In this document: piece by piece, positions 1-13,087 of the stretch | How positions within the stretch are numbered: the stretch's first letter is position 1 | Layout: the number at the start of each line of letters is the position of its first letter | Assembly: GCA_049999805.1 (NCBI GenBank) | Contig: JBNGIO010006379.1 | Coordinates: 997,971-1,061,970, forward strand | DNA from: Folioceros fuciformis | Lineage: Eukaryota | Reading direction: 5' to 3' | DNA length: 64,000 bases | Position numbers and translations under genes: made by a program | Notes under the pieces: generated by a model | The model's database searches: none | The model's input: the letters and a program-made list of their open reading frames with translations, nothing else | Told to the model about the DNA's origin: nothing

Positions 1-481
1 CCTCTTTTCTCCTCACGTTGGGCCGTGGAGACGGCCTGTCCATGTCCATCTCTGCCTGTCCCAGCCCGCCCCCTTCCTCTAGGCGACAAGCAAGAGCTAC
101 GCTTGAAGCGCGGGAAGCCACTGCTGCTCCTCCCTCTCCAGGACTCAGCATTCCATCGTGCACCTCGCTGGCATCCGTCAGGCTGTCATCTTCCCCTGCA
201 GATTCAAGGACACATGGAATCACCACACAGGCTTCAGGCTCCTCCCCTGTAACGGCACTACCGATCTCCTCAAACAGGAACAAATCCATCCCATCCGAGC
301 CTTCGAACTCCAATGTCCCTGCGCCGCATGGACTCAAGGCAGTGGCATCAAATCCGACCTCCTCCTGCAGGCTGAAAATTTCCTGAATGAACAGCGGGTC
401 ATCGTCAATCAGCTCGAACTCATCCAGCCCTGACATGGGCGATCCGTCTAGGCCACCATCCCACTCCGGAGCAGAGGCCAT
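1..481 (-). CDS. 5' part of an uncharacterised protein with a very acidic N-terminus; continues off the left edge
   Basis: Minus-strand ATG at 481 in accATGG context. The frame MASAPEWDGGLDGSPMSGLDEFELIDDDPLFIQEIFSLQEE...RPSPRPNVRRKE stays open to position 1. No family recognised. Confidence 0.6.
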   Translation of the reverse strand, partial: MASAPEWDGGLDGSPMSGLDEFELIDDDPLFIQEIFSLQEEVGFDATALSPCGAGTLEFEGSDGMDLFLFEEIGSAVTGEEPEACVVIPCVLESAGEDDSLTDASEVHDGMLSPGEGGAAVASRASSVALACRLEEGGGLGQAEMDMDRPSPRPNVRRKE

Positions 482-747
482 GGTTCAAGCTGATTGGAAG
501 GCGGAGAAGGTGGGATACCGCGTAGCGCGCCAGAGTGGCCCTCCCCCCCGTCCTTCGACCGAAAGCTGCACCCATCTCTCCTCGGACGCGCGGGATTTTT
601 CGCGTGCTCTTCCCGCGCAGGTTCAAACGGACGAGAAGCGCCAAATTCAACAACACCAGCCTCCTCTGCGCTAAGGCTTTCACATTGATGGAATTTGTAC
701 ATAGGAGACAGGGATGCGAAACCGGAAGGACGCCCCACTAACAACCC

Positions 748-3537
748 TCAGTACCCCAAGACCGTGTTGATCTCTCCGATTATGTTAACGGGTCTGCCGT
801 ACTGAGATGACAGTACAGATTCCACAACCTTCTTCACCTCCCGTGTCCTGGTCATTGCCGCCTCCTGCACAACATGGAGGCACGTTAGCAAGCATTTCAG
901 GTCTGGTAGAGTCCAGGATTGGACAGAAAAGGAGATCAAGCACCTGTTTCGGCCACAAGGCAGAAAGGGTGTTTCGAAGCTCCAACCGCTTCCGACCGAA
1001 CTCAGCCAGACTCTGGGCCAACTTTGTTTCCGTCTGTTTTTTCTGGTTGAGTGAGGCTTCTACTCTGTCCAAAAATCTGAGCCAGAACCGCCGGAAATGC
1101 AATCAGTACATGGGCACAGGACCGCCCAAGGATTGGATGATGAATGCGGGTAGCTTCATGCTTACCTTGAAGAAGTAAGGATCATGATTAGGCTCCGTGT
1201 CTTGTCGTTCATGAGAAGGTCCAGGATCCCAGTGACGCTCTGGACTATTTCTCTCAAGGAGTCAGAGCCGTGTTGTTGAACATCTGAGGGTGCAACAGCC
1301 CTGACCTGATCTTGCAACGCTGCAGTTTCGTCGCTGTGCATTTCCTCTAGTCTTTGCTTCAAAAACGCCTTAAGCTGTCAGGGAACACACCAGGAGCAGT
1401 GAGTGACGTGCGACGTCAGTTGATACCATACTTGTTCATGCTACATGTGCTGTGCCTGTTTCGAGTACAGATGTTTAGTGTCCCTTCCTTTGTACCGCTG
1501 ACTCCTGGCAACATTCTACACCCTCGAGACCAACTCTGCATGGCATAAAAAGACGACAAACTGCAGGTTTACAGGGAATGGCCTGGAAGCGCACCTCGAA
1601 CAAATCATTTAGCAGCCGATTCCTATGTTCTATATCTACCAACGAGCTCTTCATGCTAAAGTTGTCCTCCACGACTTGGGATGCGGCCTCCCCCGGACCT
1701 ACTTGTGACTCCAGACTGGCTCCCACATCTGCAGCATCCTCCACATCGATGTCCCAGCAGATTTCTCCAGTCTCCTGAGTGTCGTCTGCTGCTCCTTCTC
1801 TCTCCACACTTCTGTCATCCACCACTTCTGCAATTGGTTCGCCTATTTCGAACTCGGATGCTTCTACATCCCAGTTGATTTCTTCAGCCTGCCCTTCCAA
1901 TACGCGTTCATTCACATCCCAATCAATGATGGTTGTTGCCGGGAAGTAAGCGCCGCTTACCACTGGCGGCACATCCAGCGAGCCATAAATTGGTTCTGCA
2001 GACCTTCCAGTCTGTACAGGATCATTCAGGACCACACTTCCTGGGTTCTCACGGAGCTCTCTCAGAGTGGCCAGAACCGCTTTAGGTTGACCCTGAAGTC
2101 ATCCACCAGTTGCATTCAGCACCATGCATAGCAAGATGGTCTTTCCATGAGTTGAGCACACTCAGCGACAGGTTGTGGCATCCTCAAACGGATGGCTTAC
2201 CTGAGGCTCTGTGTGGGCATAATTGACAAACGCTTGATAACAATCCAAAGCCTGCCCGATTTTGTCAGTGCAAATTGCATCTGTAATCTCCGCCAGTAGC
2301 TTTGGCAGAGTGCGGACAAGAGCAAGAAGTTCTGCTCTGACATTGATACCCTATTATCAACCGTGCAAGACAGTGAGTGACTCGGGGCAGCGATTACAAA
2401 CCATTTTCCGAGTCATCCAATTCATTGAATTCACGGCTTGCACCTACTCGAAGACACGGAAAGAAAAAAATCCACAAGTTGCTTTCTGCGCTAACCAGTC
2501 GACAAGGCCTAGATCATACCGAAATACCGAGTCCCTGGCAAGCTTGCTGATACTTGAGAGCAGATGCAGCAGCATTGCGCTTAAACTCAGCCTCTTTGTG
2601 GTCCAAGTCCGCAGCTTGTTGCTGCAACTTAGCTATCTGCTTTTTGTAATAAGGACTTCAAGTTGGCCCGATACAACCAAAAAAGCCATCCCCAAATGAG
2701 CCAAGTATCCCAAATCGTAACGTTCGACAGAGTCTAAGTCTGGTGGCTAAAACCACAGTTCACGACGACCTACGGAGAAATGCACGAACCCTCAAACGAG
2801 CAAGCCAATCTTACATCTCATAGTTGATGTTCTGCACCATTATCTGGGCACTTTCTCCCAGGAAAAGGAGGTCTTTCTCATATGCCCGAACCACAGCATC
2901 CCACTCACCCTACAAACCACATCCCACAACACAAGACAGTCAAATATGAGCTCAACTGCCTAGCACAAGAGCTGCTCTCCCGATGCGCCAGATAACCCAA
3001 CAAACCCTGCCCACTCACAGCAGCTCCCGAAAGTCGCCCGAAGAGACCTCGAGCATCAGGATTCCCCTCCACCAACAACTCTCTCGTCCGCTTTGCCTCG
3101 AGATATCCTGTTGCTGCATGGGCATAATCCCCATCACGTCACCGCACGTCCCAAACATTCCCAACGGCCTCACGTTCTCAGATTCCAACTTACAGTCGGA
3201 GGTCAGAGTGCGAAGCCAGGGATCGGCAGTTGAAGACAGGGTCGAGAGGGCCGCCAGTATCCGAGCCTGGATGGGCACCAGCTTTTTCCGCCAGTCTGCC
3301 GGGAGCTTCTTCCGATCAACAAGCCAGTCTGCCACCCGAAAGTATCAAACTTTGACCTCCATAAGGTCCATCATGATTCAAGGTGCAGTGCCCCTCCAAG
3401 CAACCTAAATGACGAAAACCATCACATGCACGACGACTCAGCCAGAACGAGTGAGCACCTCCTAACTTCGCATACGCAATATCAATGGGCAGCTGGTCAA
3501 CTCCAGCTCCAAGTCCTCCTGATGCCGAGGAATCCAT
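748..3537 (-). CDS. C53: CDK5RAP3/C53 (UFMylation / ER-phagy receptor), multi-exon
   Basis: Exons encode [28 protein letters not shown], an acidic disordered region with shuffled AIMs IDWD (1916-1927), INWD (1868-1879) and ICWD (1751-1762), [10 protein letters not shown], and a C-terminal [11 protein letters not shown]. The introns checked are GT-AG. Stop at 748-750. Confidence 0.93.
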
Positions 3538-3774
3538 TGAATCCCGATTATACCATACCTGGGTCCTGCTCTGCCGAAGTCCTACTCAATAAACCATGCA
3601 TGCATTGTCACAAATTTATACACCACATCATCCTCGGTCCTCGAAATACGTTGGGCCTATTCCGATCTCGATGTCGTCTCATCCTCGGCTCACGATCTCA
3701 TTCATCCACCCGGACCGGAGACCATATAGAATGCTGTCAGATTTCTATTCGGTGCTTTATATGGCGTACAGGCT

Positions 3775-3782
3775 AAACCCTA
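3775..3782 (+). promoter_or_regulatory. telo-box (AAACCCTA) in the divergent C53/capping-enzyme intergenic region
   Basis: Exact AAACCCTA between two divergently transcribed housekeeping genes. A short motif, so it could occur by chance. Confidence 0.35.
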
Positions 3783-4430
3783 TTTACAAATCGTAAAGTG
3801 TGCACTGCAGCCATACTGTTTGGAGATCTAGACTGGACTGCGTTACTCGCATGCTACATGGGCGTTTGTGCTGGTCTTTGAATATTAGCTGTGGAAAGGG
3901 ACTAGGGACTACAGATATCCTAGACTGCCACCAGCAGACTCCTGCTGTGAGGAAGCGCGTACAGCTTCCTGTCGAAGGATCTAACCTCTGTGAAATAGGC
4001 CAACCAGTCGCGGAGTGCGCTACATGTGGCCAGTGCCAAGACAAGACGGAAGACGCCACGCCCAAGCTCATCCAAGTCTCTTGATTGGGGAAAACAATCG
4101 AATTGGAAGTTAGTCGTTGGCCGGGGACTTCAGGGACGCTACGGGCAATCAAGGCCGGCCCTAGCTCAATCGCTTCTTTTCTGTGTCATGGTGGCAAGGT
4201 TGTGTTGACACAACGAATCTCACCGAGGCAATTCTGCGCAATGTGGGCAGCTTGAGTGGCTCTTTGTATTTGAGCGACTAGGGAGGTCCAGCTCCAGGAT
4301 ATGTCTGTGGTGACAAAGCATTTTGGAGTATCTGAGGATAGCATTGGAATTCGAGGGGCATATATGTGCTGATTCCCGAATTACCTGTGGAATTCTATTG
4401 GTGGAGTGTTCTGTTTGGAACATCAGGGAG

Positions 4431-7400
4431 ATGGATCTCAATGCTCCCGCTCCCTCTGAGGATGAAGATGACCCGCACCAGGAGCTAGATCAGCAGCAGA
4501 GGCCAGATCAGCACCAGGAGTCGGCCCTGGACATTGCTCGCCGTGTATGTGTACTGTTGGTGTTTTTGGGCTGTTGTATCATGACTTACAGCTCCGCTCC
4601 ATTTGCCCGAGCGGCGAGAGTCTTGGGTAGTGTATGGATTTGTTCTTGCTGCCTCTGGAAAATTTCAGCGAGATGTATCACTGATATTGGGGAGTTCGCA
4701 GGAGAGAGAAGAACGCAGGGCGAGGATGAAAAGGCGGCGTGACGAGGAGGATAGTAACAAGCAGGGAGCACCAAAGGTTGCAAAGCCTTCGGCCGCTATT
4801 ACAACCTACACATCTTCAGACAGGCTTAAAGCTGCAGGGCCTCTTCCGCAAGGTTGTTGTCTAATTTGAGTTACAGTAGAGGCCAGCAGGATAAGGATTC
4901 CAGTCCAAAGGCGTCCTATATGTGAATTCATCAATTCGTTTTCACACGCTTTTGCCCAGGTTGGGTGGACTGTCCTCCTGCGGGAGATCCCATCGAGGGG
5001 TTGATTCCATCTAAAGTACCTCTGTCTGACTCCTTCAATGAGCTGTTGGATGCTGGAATGCGTTATTCCAAGTCCCACGTAATCCGGAAGCAAAGAACTG
5101 CAGGCCGAGATGTAAGGCTTGTCACTTGACCTTCCTGACCTGTTGGAGCTGAGGTGTTATTGCGCAATCCATCTTGGCCGTGACGTTGGGTCCCAACTCA
5201 TAGTGTTAGGACTGTTTGCTCTACAGATCGGCATGGTAGTTGATCTCACGAATACAAGTCGCTACTACTCCCCACATGAGTGGCGATCAATTGGCGTCAA
5301 ACATCTGAAGGTCAGTATCTTACCTCGAGCGCCGCAAGTTTTCCTTCTTCTCTTAAAGGTGATTGGTGCGAATAGTTTTGTGCTCTGTAGACAGTTGAGT
5401 GGTTCTGTAAGACGAACCTTCATGTATTTTACACACACTCCAGCATGGCTGCCTCACATCCATAGCTGCGTGTGTCCTCTTTTATGTTTGTGTAGATAGC
5501 CTGCAGAGGACGGGACGAAGTGCCAGACCCAGAGTCTGTGAACACTTTTGTTTTTGAAGTGAGTGGAACTGCAGCAGCGCTAGCCTTTCTCGTTGAGGTG
5601 TCATTGTGGACTTCCGAATGTGGCTGGCTGACCATTTGATACTGAGCAGGTATTCCGATATTTCAACCAGAAGAAGAATGTGACTAACAAGTTTGTTTTG
5701 GTGCATTGCACCCATGGTCACAATCGGACTGGGTTCATGATTGTACACTTTTTGGTGAGGACGAGGAATTTGACTGTTGAGCAGGTTTGTGCTACTGCTG
5801 CTTATGAAAACTGTATATTCAAACTTGTCACTGAGTTTTGAGTCTGCATCCACCCTGACAGTTCTACCACATTTTCAGGCCATCCAGGCATTTGCAAAGG
5901 CGAGGCCACCTGGTATCTACAAGCAGGAATATATTGAAAGCCTCTTTAATTTCTATCATGAACGGAGGCCAGAAAATATCGTCTGTCCTCACACACCAGA
6001 ATGGAAGAGAGAGGATGTCGACCTGAATGGGGAGGCCAAAGTGGAGCTTGATGATGATGGTGAAGATGATGGTGGCATCATGGCAGCTCTGCAGGTATAG
6101 ATTCATGATCTGCTCACAAGTAGGCATATTATGTACAGCTGTGTGGACGGTTTGTTCTGACCACAAGTTAAGTGTCCCGGTAATAGGAGGCCACACAAGA
6201 ACCGCCTGGTGAGATGACAAATGATGATGTCCTAGGTGATGCTATTTCTGAAGAGAACCAGCTTGAGCTGCAGAAGATATGCTGTTGGGGGCTAGGTGTG
6301 GTAATCATCAGATCCCAACCTATGGTTTCCGCTGGATATGAGTCGGAGGCAACAAGTTGAAAAATGGGGGAAATCAATTATCTTTTTGTCAGGGTTGAGG
6401 GTAATGCAGGTTCGCTGCTGGTGCAACTGGTCTGCTAATGAGTTTCTCTTGGGTTATGCAGAAGACTACTGGGCCTCTTCGATTTCCAGGCTCACAGCCT
6501 GTGTCCCTAGACAGGTGTGCACCCTTTGCAATTGCGTGTCTCTTTGTTTTTGTTTTTGTTTCGGCCTTTGGTTTCCACGTCAGGTCTAAATGGTGTAGTG
6601 GGTTTCTTGAGTGTTGCAGGAAAAACCTGCAACTTCTACGTCAGCGGTATTATTATGCAACTTGGAAGGCAGATGGAACACGATATATGCTGTTAATAAT
6701 TAAAGCAGGATGCTATTTGATAGATCGTAACTTCACGTTTAGAAGAGTTCAGCTTCGTTTCCCACTAAAGGTAAGCTTAGTAGACCTCGGTGGGTGGTGA
6801 CCTTCGATCTCATTGAAAGGCAGTGTGTTTTACACTTTCGTAGTTGCCTTAACAGGGATGTTCAGACTTTCAGCATGGTACTTTGCTTGATGGAGAGATG
6901 GTCATTGATAAAAATCCTGAAACTGGGGCCCAAGAAAGGAGATATCTTGTGTATGATATTATGATGTTAAATCAGACGCCGCTCAGCAAGGTAACAATCA
7001 GTGTCACGGGCACTGTTTCGAGACGGACTCTGATTTGAATACTTTGAGGTCTCTGAACGTTGATCAGCGCACTGAGCCCTGAAGCTTTGTGAGCAAGAGT
7101 TCGGCATGAGCTTTGGCTTGAAAGCTCATCATTTTTTTGTGTGATAGGTTCCTTTCTGCCAGCGTTGGCAGAAGATTGAGGAGGATGTAATAAAGCCGCG
7201 AGCACTAGACCGATGCTCAAATACGCGTTACAAGTACGAGTCAGAACTCTTCAGGGTAAACCCCATCAAGAACACTTTCAACTGTTTCTAATTCAGTAGA
7301 TGTCAAGCTGAGAACGACAACCTTTCATGTGTACATTAAATGCCCTTCAAAAACTGAACCCAACTGTTGCAGGTAAGGCGAAAGAATTTTTGGATGTTAT

Positions 7401-8314
7401 CAACGGTCAGGAAACTCCTCCAAAACTTCATTCCCACTCTTTCACATGAAGCTGATGGGCTCATATTTCAGGTTCGCTTCTTTATACTCTGCTCTTTATG
7501 CTCACTGTATTTTGTGCGCATTGCAGACCAGAGGTCATGTTCGGCTTCCTAATATTTTATCTGCTGTTAGGACTGGGAAGATGAGTATGTCCCACGAACA
7601 CATGAAGGCCTTTTGAAATGGAAATATGCGCACATGAACTCTGTGGACTTCCTCTTCAGGGTAGTCCCCTTAGACACATCGATCTCTTGTTGTAGACGTT
7701 TTAGGTTTGGCGAATGAATTCGTATGGTGAATGACTGTTATGTGTCACAGATTTCAGGCACAGGAGCTCAGATGCTCTACTTGGTGGAAAAGGGAGGGAA
7801 ATATAAGCAGTTAGATGGCGCACGTATTGTTTTCCCAGGTGCATTAATATCTTCCCGACCATATCAGAAACTGACTGGATTGTCACGTTGGTGGCTGTGG
7901 ACGTCTGAGAGTTAGTCACCTCTCTGATCCGTCAATTTTCTTGCAGACACTGTCGACCCAGGAGAGTGCAACGGCAAGATCGTAGAGTGCGGTTTGAATA
8001 AAGAGGATCACACATGGCAGTACATGCGAATACGGTATGATAAAGAAATGCCCAATGCCTATCACGTGTTCCAGAAGGTGAGTTTCATGATCCTCCCGAG
8101 TGTCGTTGCCAGTGATGCGTGTAGGATTATTTTGGAATGATTTGTTCCTCCGTAGGTCATGGGAAGTATAGCCGACAATATTACGGAGGAGGTACTTTTA
8201 AATGAAATCACAGAAATATTGAAGCTACCCATGTATGTTGAGCGAATCCGAAAGGAGACAGCGAAGCAGCAACAATGGGCACAGCAACAGCATCAGCAGG
8301 GTCGTAAATCGTAG
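4431..8314 (+). CDS. bifunctional mRNA capping enzyme (RNA triphosphatase + guanylyltransferase), multi-exon
   Basis: MDLNA start, GWVDCPP..IPSKVPL, VDLTNTSRYY, phosphatase motif HCTHGHNRTG (~5700-5735), KADGTRY (KxDG), DGEM, EADGLIF, LLKWK and RIRYDKEMPN. Stop TAG at 8312-8314. Confidence 0.96.
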
Positions 8315-8913
8315 CTTGATTAACGTATTCGATTTGTAGCGAAATTCCTCTTAAATGTTTGTCCACGTGCAAAGATGTGGAGATTATGAGTCATGAGGAA
8401 ACCTCTCTTAAAGCGAATTGGGATGCCTATTCAATTGGGACAAGTACCAGTTGCTAACTACTATCCCACGTTACTGACTTAAATCAGTCATTACCATCAT
8501 TACATGGTATCGGTATGTACTATAACAATGGAGAGACGCACATTCAACTCGACACCTATCGAGGTAGAACAACGCCGGGGGCGTGTCTTGAGTGTTCTCA
8601 TGTCTTGATCCTGCCTTCAGAACAGACGTGACAATTAGTTGCGAAAGGTGGACAATTGGCCATGCGTTGCAACCATAACTTCAACCAAACTCTTCTGACC
8701 TGTTCTGTTGCAAGGACAAACTGATGGAGCCGAGGTTGCAAGTCCTGATGGGAACTCCGATGTAAAGCCGCCCAGGAGAAGATGCAATGCCAATCATGGC
8801 ATGGACCCAGCCGGAAACAGAATGTGCATGCAAAAGAGATGGTGAACCGCATACTTGAAAAGAGGGAGTCTTCTCAAGCCATACAAGTGCAGATAGCCCC
8901 CTGGTAAACCAGA

Positions 8914-11694
8914 CTACGATGCAAGCCTCTCGGCAACTTCAGGCTGGTGAAGCCAATTGTACACCTTGACACCTTCACTTATAAAGCAGCCGACATTGGC
9001 ATCTTGAATCTTGAACGGGCTGCCCAGTTTCCCAAGCTTGACCTCAACGGCGTGTTTCACTAAAGAGGACCCGGTGACTTTACTGCGCTTCCCCCATCCT
9101 GTCACTATTTCAACCCTTTGTGGAATATGCCCTGTTCGGAGCATTGTATCTTTGAAGCCCATTAATGATTTTGCGAGCGCAGTTAGGGCTGTTCCCACTG
9201 ACATGACATGAAGGTTAACAGACCAATAATTCCTATCCTTCTCCATCACTGCAAGAGGATATAGGTGGTTGCCAAGGGCAACCTCCCAAACACAGCCAGC
9301 CTCTGCTCGGCAGTCTAGCTTGTGCAAAAAATCAATCAATGCATCAGCAAATCCTCGCCTAGTACCCGAATCCTCACTCCGCAAAGTGGTAAAAAACTTT
9401 TCTACATAGACATGCAACTCATCGGATTGCAGCTCCGCTTCCAGTATTTTGCACAGAAAGGAATGCGCAGGCTGACCTGTGTTGCCCAGAAGATGCAAGA
9501 CAGTGTCTAAATGCTCTTTCTCCTTACATGTTGTGCAGCAACTTAGGAGGAGAGTGTATGTCTGCAAACTCGGCGCGAGCCCCAGCTGTGACATTCCACT
9601 GAGCAAAGTCTTGGCTGCTTCATAATTGTTTAGCCTAAGGAAGGCACTCCCCAGAGAATTGCAAATTTGCACATTCGGAGTCAAACCAGCATTCAGCATT
9701 CGGCGGTACCATTGACAGGCCTTGTCAGCATCCCCGGCTTTTCCCCACATGTCGATCATAAGCCCATACATTGGCATGTCTAAATCCCAGCCTCCTTGCT
9801 CCATCTCTAAGAGAACTTGCTCTGCCTCTTGTATGTGGCCAGAGTTTCCAAGTACCTCCATCATTATGGAATATGTCACCTTGTTTGGTCGAAATCCAGC
9901 ATCCTGCATGTCATTGTAATGCTTCATAGCCAGACGCCAATTGCCAGCCTTAGCATGCAAATCAAGAAGAATATTGTGTGTTACTATGGTAGGACAGCAT
10001 CCGTGCTCAAGCATCTCCCGGAAAACCTTGTGTGCAGCACTTGACTTCCCTGCTTTTCCTAGGCAATGAATGATGACACTGAAGGTGAACGTATCCGGCT
10101 GGAGACCGGCCTGCAGCATTTGCTTGTATATCTGCATAGCAGTATCATGGAGTCCCTCTTTTGCATGTACATCAATGAGGGTGCAATATGTCACTCGATC
10201 AGGTTCACAACCAACTGTTTGCATGTAACGGAATATGGAAAGAGCTTCCAACAACAGACTGGCCTTCCCATAGCTGTGAATGAGCCTGTTGAATGTCACT
10301 ACACTAGGATTGATGCCATCGTGGATCATCTCTTGGAACAAAAGCTCCATGGCATCAAAACATTTTGCTCTGCCTAGTATACCTATCATTGTTGTGTAGG
10401 TGTGAAGATCATGTTTCAAGGAGCCATCTCGCTTGACCCACTGGAAGAACTGCATGGCGACTCCTACTTCATTCTGATTCTTCAGAATCTCATTCACTTG
10501 ACAGGAAGTAAGCCGGGGAGTCAATTTGTCGAGTGCAGCATTGGTGAATAATTCCGAGCGCGTTTCTTTCAAAATGCTACATACTTCATCCACCACCACA
10601 TTCCTGCTACCTGACTCTGACTTGCCCCGATAATGAGATTTTAGATGCCTTTTAGGTGCTCTTGTGGATTCCTGCAACATTCCAGACGAGCCAAAACCCT
10701 GCCAAATGGATTCACCGCCCTTCTCCACTGCTAAGATTTCATTTATCCGTTCAGCAGTTGACAATAAACCGTTGGAGGATGAACAATCGTTGCCTTCCTT
10801 GCAGGCATCGAAGCCAAAGACTGTGTCAGCAAGAGGCACCTCCTTCTGCGAGAAAATGTTGCTCACCTGCTTTGAATTGGTCACTGTACTCACAAAATTA
10901 ACCGTTTCCAAGCATTTGTCCGTAGATGGCACAGCAGATTTTGTGCCGTCAGGAAGAACATAAGTGCCTCGACCCTTCCATATAGAAGAAGCTGCACCAT
11001 CAGGGACCCAAGAGTCACCAACAAGATTCTTGGGAGGTGGAGCGCTGGTATTAAGGGTCCCAAGCTCCTTGTACCCACTGTGCGTGTCTATATTTCGCGA
11101 AACAGGTTTAACTCCACTTGACACAGTAGGTGATTTTTTTCTCGACAGCCCATCAATGTCTGCCAAACCAGATTTCCTGCTCCCTATAGGCTGTGCTGCA
11201 CGCTGACCACCCTGTACTCCTCTTCCCAGATCTTGAGTCTCCAGGGGTACAAATTCTCTGTTATTCCGCAACCCAGGAAATTTAGAACGTGCTGTAGCAC
11301 GTTCTGATGTAACATGTTGTACAGCTGGTTGTGTGTGCTCACCCGTCCTTTCATTGAAACGCTCTCCCCCAGCGGAACCTCCTGCATATGCTTGAAGAGG
11401 CAAAGCTCTATAAACAGAAATATCCACCGATCCCTGTCTTAAACAGGGACCTTTCAACTTCACCTGTTCGTGTAGAGAGGGGTCAGGACCCTCAAAGGCC
11501 GGCTTAGGCTTCAAAGCACCCGTCAGGTGTCTATGTGAGACATCATCCCGTGTTCTGGTAGGAGTCTGGTCATCGCATGGGTGACTCGCAGGGCTAGCCT
11601 CCATCGTGTTGGCTCTTGACCCACATGATGATCCAGCCACCAGCCAATTTCGTGCACCCTTGTACAGGGGGAGCACCTGCTTTGGACGCATCAT
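8914..11694 (-). CDS. P-class pentatricopeptide repeat protein with C-terminal Smr domain (PPR-SMR, At1g18900/At1g74750-like)
   Basis: Single coding exon with tandem 35-aa P repeats (HTYTTMIGILGRAK, VTFNRLIHSYGKA, VTYCTLIDVHAKEG) and an Smr domain (VNLHVMSVGTALTAL...IVTGWGKRSK). Likely start MMRPKQ at 11694, just after a 5'-UTR intron acceptor (ttgcag). Confidence 0.93.
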   Translation of the reverse strand: MMRPKQVLPLYKGARNWLVAGSSCGSRANTMEASPASHPCDDQTPTRTRDDVSHRHLTGALKPKPAFEGPDPSLHEQVKLKGPCLRQGSVDISVYRALPLQAYAGGSAGGERFNERTGEHTQPAVQHVTSERATARSKFPGLRNNREFVPLETQDLGRGVQGGQRAAQPIGSRKSGLADIDGLSRKKSPTVSSGVKPVSRNIDTHSGYKELGTLNTSAPPPKNLVGDSWVPDGAASSIWKGRGTYVLPDGTKSAVPSTDKCLETVNFVSTVTNSKQVSNIFSQKEVPLADTVFGFDACKEGNDCSSSNGLLSTAERINEILAVEKGGESIWQGFGSSGMLQESTRAPKRHLKSHYRGKSESGSRNVVVDEVCSILKETRSELFTNAALDKLTPRLTSCQVNEILKNQNEVGVAMQFFQWVKRDGSLKHDLHTYTTMIGILGRAKCFDAMELLFQEMIHDGINPSVVTFNRLIHSYGKASLLLEALSIFRYMQTVGCEPDRVTYCTLIDVHAKEGLHDTAMQIYKQMLQAGLQPDTFTFSVIIHCLGKAGKSSAAHKVFREMLEHGCCPTIVTHNILLDLHAKAGNWRLAMKHYNDMQDAGFRPNKVTYSIMMEVLGNSGHIQEAEQVLLEMEQGGWDLDMPMYGLMIDMWGKAGDADKACQWYRRMLNAGLTPNVQICNSLGSAFLRLNNYEAAKTLLSGMSQLGLAPSLQTYTLLLSCCTTCKEKEHLDTVLHLLGNTGQPAHSFLCKILEAELQSDELHVYVEKFFTTLRSEDSGTRRGFADALIDFLHKLDCRAEAGCVWEVALGNHLYPLAVMEKDRNYWSVNLHVMSVGTALTALAKSLMGFKDTMLRTGHIPQRVEIVTGWGKRSKVTGSSLVKHAVEVKLGKLGSPFKIQDANVGCFISEGVKVYNWLHQPEVAERLAS

Positions 11695-13087
11695 AATCTG
11701 CAACGAAAGTGGAAAGTGACGGTCTGAAAGAGGGGCAAGGTAACATTTACCTGCTATACAGATGAAACAACTTATGAAGCTCAGAGGAAACAAGTTATGA
11801 AACTCACTGCAAGACGGAAAGTGGTCCGCTGTGGCTTCCGGGGAAAGGACCTCACAACAGGCAAATGGTAAACGCCGCCACCCAAATACTGGGGAGTGTT
11901 GAACTGGCAGTCAAGAACACGCGACAATCAATAAATCTCCGAACAAAGCACTTCACAGCACAGACACCACAAGGGAGAATAGTTGCATGTCCGGGTCGAC
12001 AAGTACTCTTACCCGCAAGATTGACCAAGCCTGTCCATAGGGTTGCAGCAGCTGAAGCCTACGCCAGCACTGGACACAAATTCAAATAAACTTGGAAGGC
12101 CATCAAGGCCAACAAAAAGCGGCAGGCTTCAGATAAAATTCTCGGGAGGGCCCCCAGCAAAGCCGATCCTTCCTCGAGGCCTGAGGTCATGCTTGTCATC
12201 TCCAGACAGCCGGCATTACGACCCTCGCCAGGAGCACCATAAACTCTGCATCGCCATGAAACCACATACGAGCCAATCGACGCATCGATGCTTTTGGGCA
12301 AACCAAAGATACCGTGGCCCCACTTCGGACCTCCAGATTTAGCAGCGTGGCAACAGCTCGTGAACGCTGGATATGCAGGATCAAGGCTGCACCTCGCATC
12401 CGTCCATGTCCTTCACCACCACATCCGATGTCGCGCCTAAATATACACAAACGAAACATGTAAGCTCGCCCCGCAATTTCCTGAACACGAGAACTTGGTA
12501 GCATGAAACAGAGCTCCTTACCATACCTCCCTACACTAAGTCTCCATTCAACAGCACAACTCTGTCATGACCAGCTGGGCTCCAACGGACCGGGAGGATA
12601 GGAGACAAGGCATTCTCGAGAACCTGCTCCACGCCGTGTGCTGCGCATACCCCGCAGCAGCAAACAGCCATAAGGTGTGTGGGAGTCCCACATATCAACG
12701 CAGCGCTAACCCAAGGTTCCCACCTGGAGTAAACGGGCACAGAACGCCGAGCTTCCGATTGGGCCCCGTGAACAAAAAGTGGACCTGAGATGCATGGTTG
12801 CCACAAAAGAGCGACCAACTAGGACAAACTTGAGGTCAGGAACAAAAACAGCGAGCGTACCGCCGGGCGTGGGGGCAAGTCGCAGAGCCTACCCGTAGGT
12901 TTGCATACGTCATAGCTTTTCGCAGTTAGTTAGTTCCGTGCGAGGTTCAAGCTTCAGGTTGACTGCTACTCAACTCCGATGCACGTTTGTCTTGCTGGCA
13001 CCCTAGCAGGAGCTGGCTAACGAGTTCCTGCTGCTGTCACCCTGCTGTTTGTTTTGCTTCACATGCATTTGCTTGAGCTTGAGTTCT

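Noticed and set aside
6845-6856. U12-like branch sequence (gccttaac) in a capping-enzyme intron, and similar tatccttac at ~31791 in kinesin-5
   Set aside because: The 5' splice sites are GTAAGC and GTACGC (U2 type), not RTATCCTT.
11695-11793. N-terminal extension of the PPR-SMR ORF
   Set aside because: It begins at a non-ATG codon and spans a pyrimidine-rich acceptor (ttgcag), so it is probably 5'-UTR intron.
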